A stretch of DNA of 64,000 bases, from the NCBI GenBank assembly GCA_043228905.1, contig JBHGNT010000015.1, positions 9,424,001 to 9,488,000 on the forward strand, read 5' to 3'. The translations under genes were made by a program, and so were the position numbers. This document shows positions 60,936 through 64,000 of this stretch, in pieces. The notes below the pieces were generated by a model, which searched no databases, had not been told where the DNA came from, and saw nothing but the letters and a program-made list of their open reading frames with translations. This stretch comes from Azolla caroliniana. Taxonomy: Eukaryota > Plantae > Polypodiophyta. The stretch's first letter is position 1; each line of letters starts with the position of its first letter.

Positions 60936-61521
60936 AAATGTAATACCACTTTCATATGACCAAGAAGAAAGCATCATAGAAAAGAAAAGAGAGATCGAGA
61001 AAGAAGAATACCAAGTTAAGAATATTGTTTTGATCCTGTGAAGAGCATGACGAGCCTTGTTAGATTGCCATCGCTCACACACAAAAAACATCAAAACAAC
61101 AAAAAATAAATGTTAGTAAATGCTTTGATACCACTATTAAGAGTCTACTACTAATCAATAGACCAAAATAAAGTAAAAGAAGGAAAATAGATTGGATAGA
61201 AGGACCCGTTCCACCCAACCACCTTCGAGCTATGATCTAGACATAGCCAACCTATCACCGACATCCCATACCGCCGGATATTAGGATGACTAATACCTTG
61301 GAAGAGATAAACACGATCATCGAGATGAAAGCCTAGCCCCTTGAATAGATGTGCCTTTCTAAAAGGCTCTCCATTCATTGGTTGTCCAAATCATGATAGT
61401 GCATGCACCTATCATTCCTTCTACCCAATCACATTAGTCCGCTTTCTAACATTAGTGAACATACCCTTCACTTATGTAAATATTAGTGACCTACCCTCAC
61501 CTATGTTATGTGTACATAACA
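60936..61521 (-). mobile_element. 5' LTR (~61135-61521), PBS and leader of another copia-type element, truncated at C5
   Basis: PBS-like TGGTATCAAAGC at 61122-61133; TGTTATG start at 61521; other LTR end degenerate. Confidence 0.55.
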
Positions 61522-63554
61522 CTCCCGTCTCGGCGCCCTTGCACGATGATTGGGCCTTCTTCCTCGATGAAGAACCCAAGATGGGTGAATCGAACTTACC
61601 TTCCCCAGTCAACGATCTACCCGACTGGCACTATGTTCTTTGTTATTGTCGGGACATGTAACACATTCATGAGCTTCCCCTTTTGTCCGACATGGCTGAG
61701 GGGGCCTTCGCTGACATGTTCGATGGGGTGTGGAGGGTCATCTCCGGTTTTGACCACTCCTGGTTACTCTGGTTTTTTCACATACAAGAACCATTCTTCA
61801 TGGCTCGTCATGTGATTTGATGCTCGGGAGTCAACGTACCACACCTCCTCCGATTGTGAGGTGATCTTCTTCACCGAGTTTGCCTTGTGTTTCATCACAA
61901 AGGAAGGCCCTTTTCCGATTTTTTCGGTCCCGGATCCTTCCAATTCTTCAACATAGTTCGATTTTTGCCAACTACCTTGTTCGGCTTTGCCGGATCTGGA
62001 TTTTTCCGAATCAGCACGCTTCTTCCAACACTCACTCTCCTTGTGGCCCTTCTTGCCACAATACGAGCATTCTGTGTCGGCCTTTGCTTGTCGGTTTCCG
62101 GCGTTCCCTTGACTCCCCCCCGCTTGTGGAGGGTCCATAACTATTGTCGTCACCAACTCTATGCCTTCTTTCCTGCTATTGTCGGCCACCTCCATTGTGT
62201 GTCGATCCACCTCGTCCGCCCCACCCATGGGGCCGATCCACCTCTGTGTACCGCATCCGGCTGTTCGATTTATGGTCCTCGACCCACTGGTGTGGTTTTC
62301 TTCGACCATCAGCATCGATTGCAAGTCGAATAAGGACAGGAGCTTCTCCAGGGTGCATATCGTTGTCTGGATTGGCCCACACCTCTATGTTAACCAAACA
62401 CTACTTGTTTTGTTTGCAGTTCTTGAAGCCTTTGATAGCTGACGTGGCCGATCTTCTTGTGCCACAAGTCGATGTCTGATTTGACTTTTTGTCCCTTAGC
62501 GAACAATGTAGTGTTGACGTCGTTTGTGTCGAGGATAAACATCCTCCCTTCCCAGCACCCTTGCGCGATGATTTGACCCTCTTCTTCGATGAAGCACCCA
62601 AGGTGGGTGAACTGGACGTGCATCCCTTGGTCGATGATCTGTCCGACTGACACCAAGTTCTTCGTGATAGTTGGGAGGTGCAATACGTTCTTAAGTCTTC
62701 CATTCTGTCGTACATGACTCAGGAGAACTTCGCCGACATGTTCGATGGGATGCACAAGGTTGTTCCGGTTTCTCCAAGTATGAAAACCACTCTTCTTGGC
62801 TCGTCATATGATTCGACGCTCCGGGGTCGACGTACCACACCTCGTTCGGTTTCGAGGTGTTATTCTTCATCGGATTTGCCTTGTGCTTCATCACGAAGGC
62901 TGGGGCCTTTCCGGTTTTGGATCCTTCTGATCCTTCAGCATAGTGCAATCATTGCCAATTTCTGTGTTCGGCTTTCCACAATCTGGATTTGTCTGAATTG
63001 GCACGCTTCTTCCAACACTTGCTCTCCCGGTGACCTTTCCGGCCACAGTACCAACATTCCGTTTCGGCCATTGCTTGCTAGTTTCCTGCACTGCCTTGAC
63101 TCCCCATACTTGTGGAGGGTCCAGAACTGCTGTGAGCACCACCTCTGTGCCTTCTTTCCTGCTCTTGTCGGCTACCACCATTGCATGCCGATCCACCTCG
63201 TTCGCCACAACCACGGGGCCGATCCGCCTCTATGTACAACATCTGGTTGTTGCATTGCATGTTCCTTGACACAACCGCGTGGTTTTCTTCGACTAGAAGC
63301 ATTGATTGCAAGTCAAAGAATGACGGTGGCTTCTCCTGTGTACATATTGCGGTCTAGATTGTCTCGTACCTCTATGCTAGACCACCAAGACAAATCTAGA
63401 CCATTTCGTCCTCGTCCATCATGACATTGATGGACCCCAATGCGTCACATATCTCCTTGATCTTTGTGGTGTAGTCCGTGACCGTCATATCTCTCCGTCG
63501 GATATTGTTGAGCTCTTGCAAGAGCTACAATTTACGGACCGTGAAACTTGTCGT
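61522..63554 (-). pseudogene. Two tandem gag-protease fragments of C5-related copia elements (junction ~62390)
   Basis: Both carry LQSMLxVEENH, a CxYC zinc knuckle, FVMKHKAN and VWYVDxxASNHMTS. Confidence 0.85.
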
Positions 63555-63680
63555 TGTCTTAGTGTATTTCGTACACTATGTGAAAAATGTATACAGTACT
63601 AGATTCAATAAATATGAAAAAATAGAAGAAAATATAAAAATATATATTACATGCATAGGGCAAGATTCAAACCTTGTACA
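63555..63680 (+). mobile_element. 5' fragment of a G3-family LTR
   Basis: Matches 37730-37855 (tagtgtattt.gtacact..gtgaaaaa...tacatgcatagggcaagattcaaaccttgtac). Confidence 0.85.
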
Positions 63681-64000
63681 CTTCTCGGACGAATTTACGA
63701 CGTATCTCTAAAAGGAAGGAATTCGACGAGAATTCTCATGCTAGCACACACCTTAGCAAAACAGCATAGCCGAGCAGAAAAATAGACACATAGTAGAGGT
63801 TGCACGGGCGATGATGAACGAAAAGAACCAGCTGAAATTGTACTGGGCAAAAGCGGCTAACACAACCATATACCTCATGAATAGGTGTACAAACTCAGGG
63901 GTACACGACGTAACCCCATATGAGATGTTTTTCAGAATGAAGCCAGAGTTATCATATGTGCGTATTATCGGCTCGATCGCCTATGTGCATATTCCCGACG
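63681..64000 (+). pseudogene. C5-family integrase fragment in inverted orientation, running off the window
   Basis: FSDEFTTYL*KEGIRREF..KNRHIVEVARAMMNEK..YWAKAANTTIYLMNRCT..GSIAYVHIPD. Confidence 0.88.

Noticed and set aside
1-64000. rRNA, tRNA or other structured RNA genes
   Set aside because: None recognised; tRNA-complementary sequence is limited to short primer-binding sites.

Overview
Land-plant genomic DNA; the retroelement types suggest a bryophyte or other seed-free plant (inference only). Bases 1-11.5 kb hold the last six coding exons of an intact, spliceable TMEM33/Pom33-family gene (+). Its 8.5-kb intron carries a full-length Ty1/copia element and a probable solo LTR. From about 14.1 kb to the end, the window is a nested retroelement cluster: several Ty1/copia copies, several Ty3/gypsy elements, a full-length RTE-X/L2-like LINE inserted at a (GA)n microsatellite, and many fragments. 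The most unusual object is a 15.2-kb Ty3/gypsy element (17061-32246, minus strand). It has a perfect 5-bp TSD, but its two ends share only a 33-bp hairpin-forming direct repeat. Its promoter-like LTR body lies only at the 3' end, and it carries a ~1000-codon extra ORF after integrase. Other notable signals are strong CCGG enrichment in the least-degraded GC-rich elements, variable-copy 54-bp repeats inside copia LTRs, in-frame LTR/gag chimeras, and an LTR remnant with canonical heat-shock elements. All calls were made by eye, without database searches.
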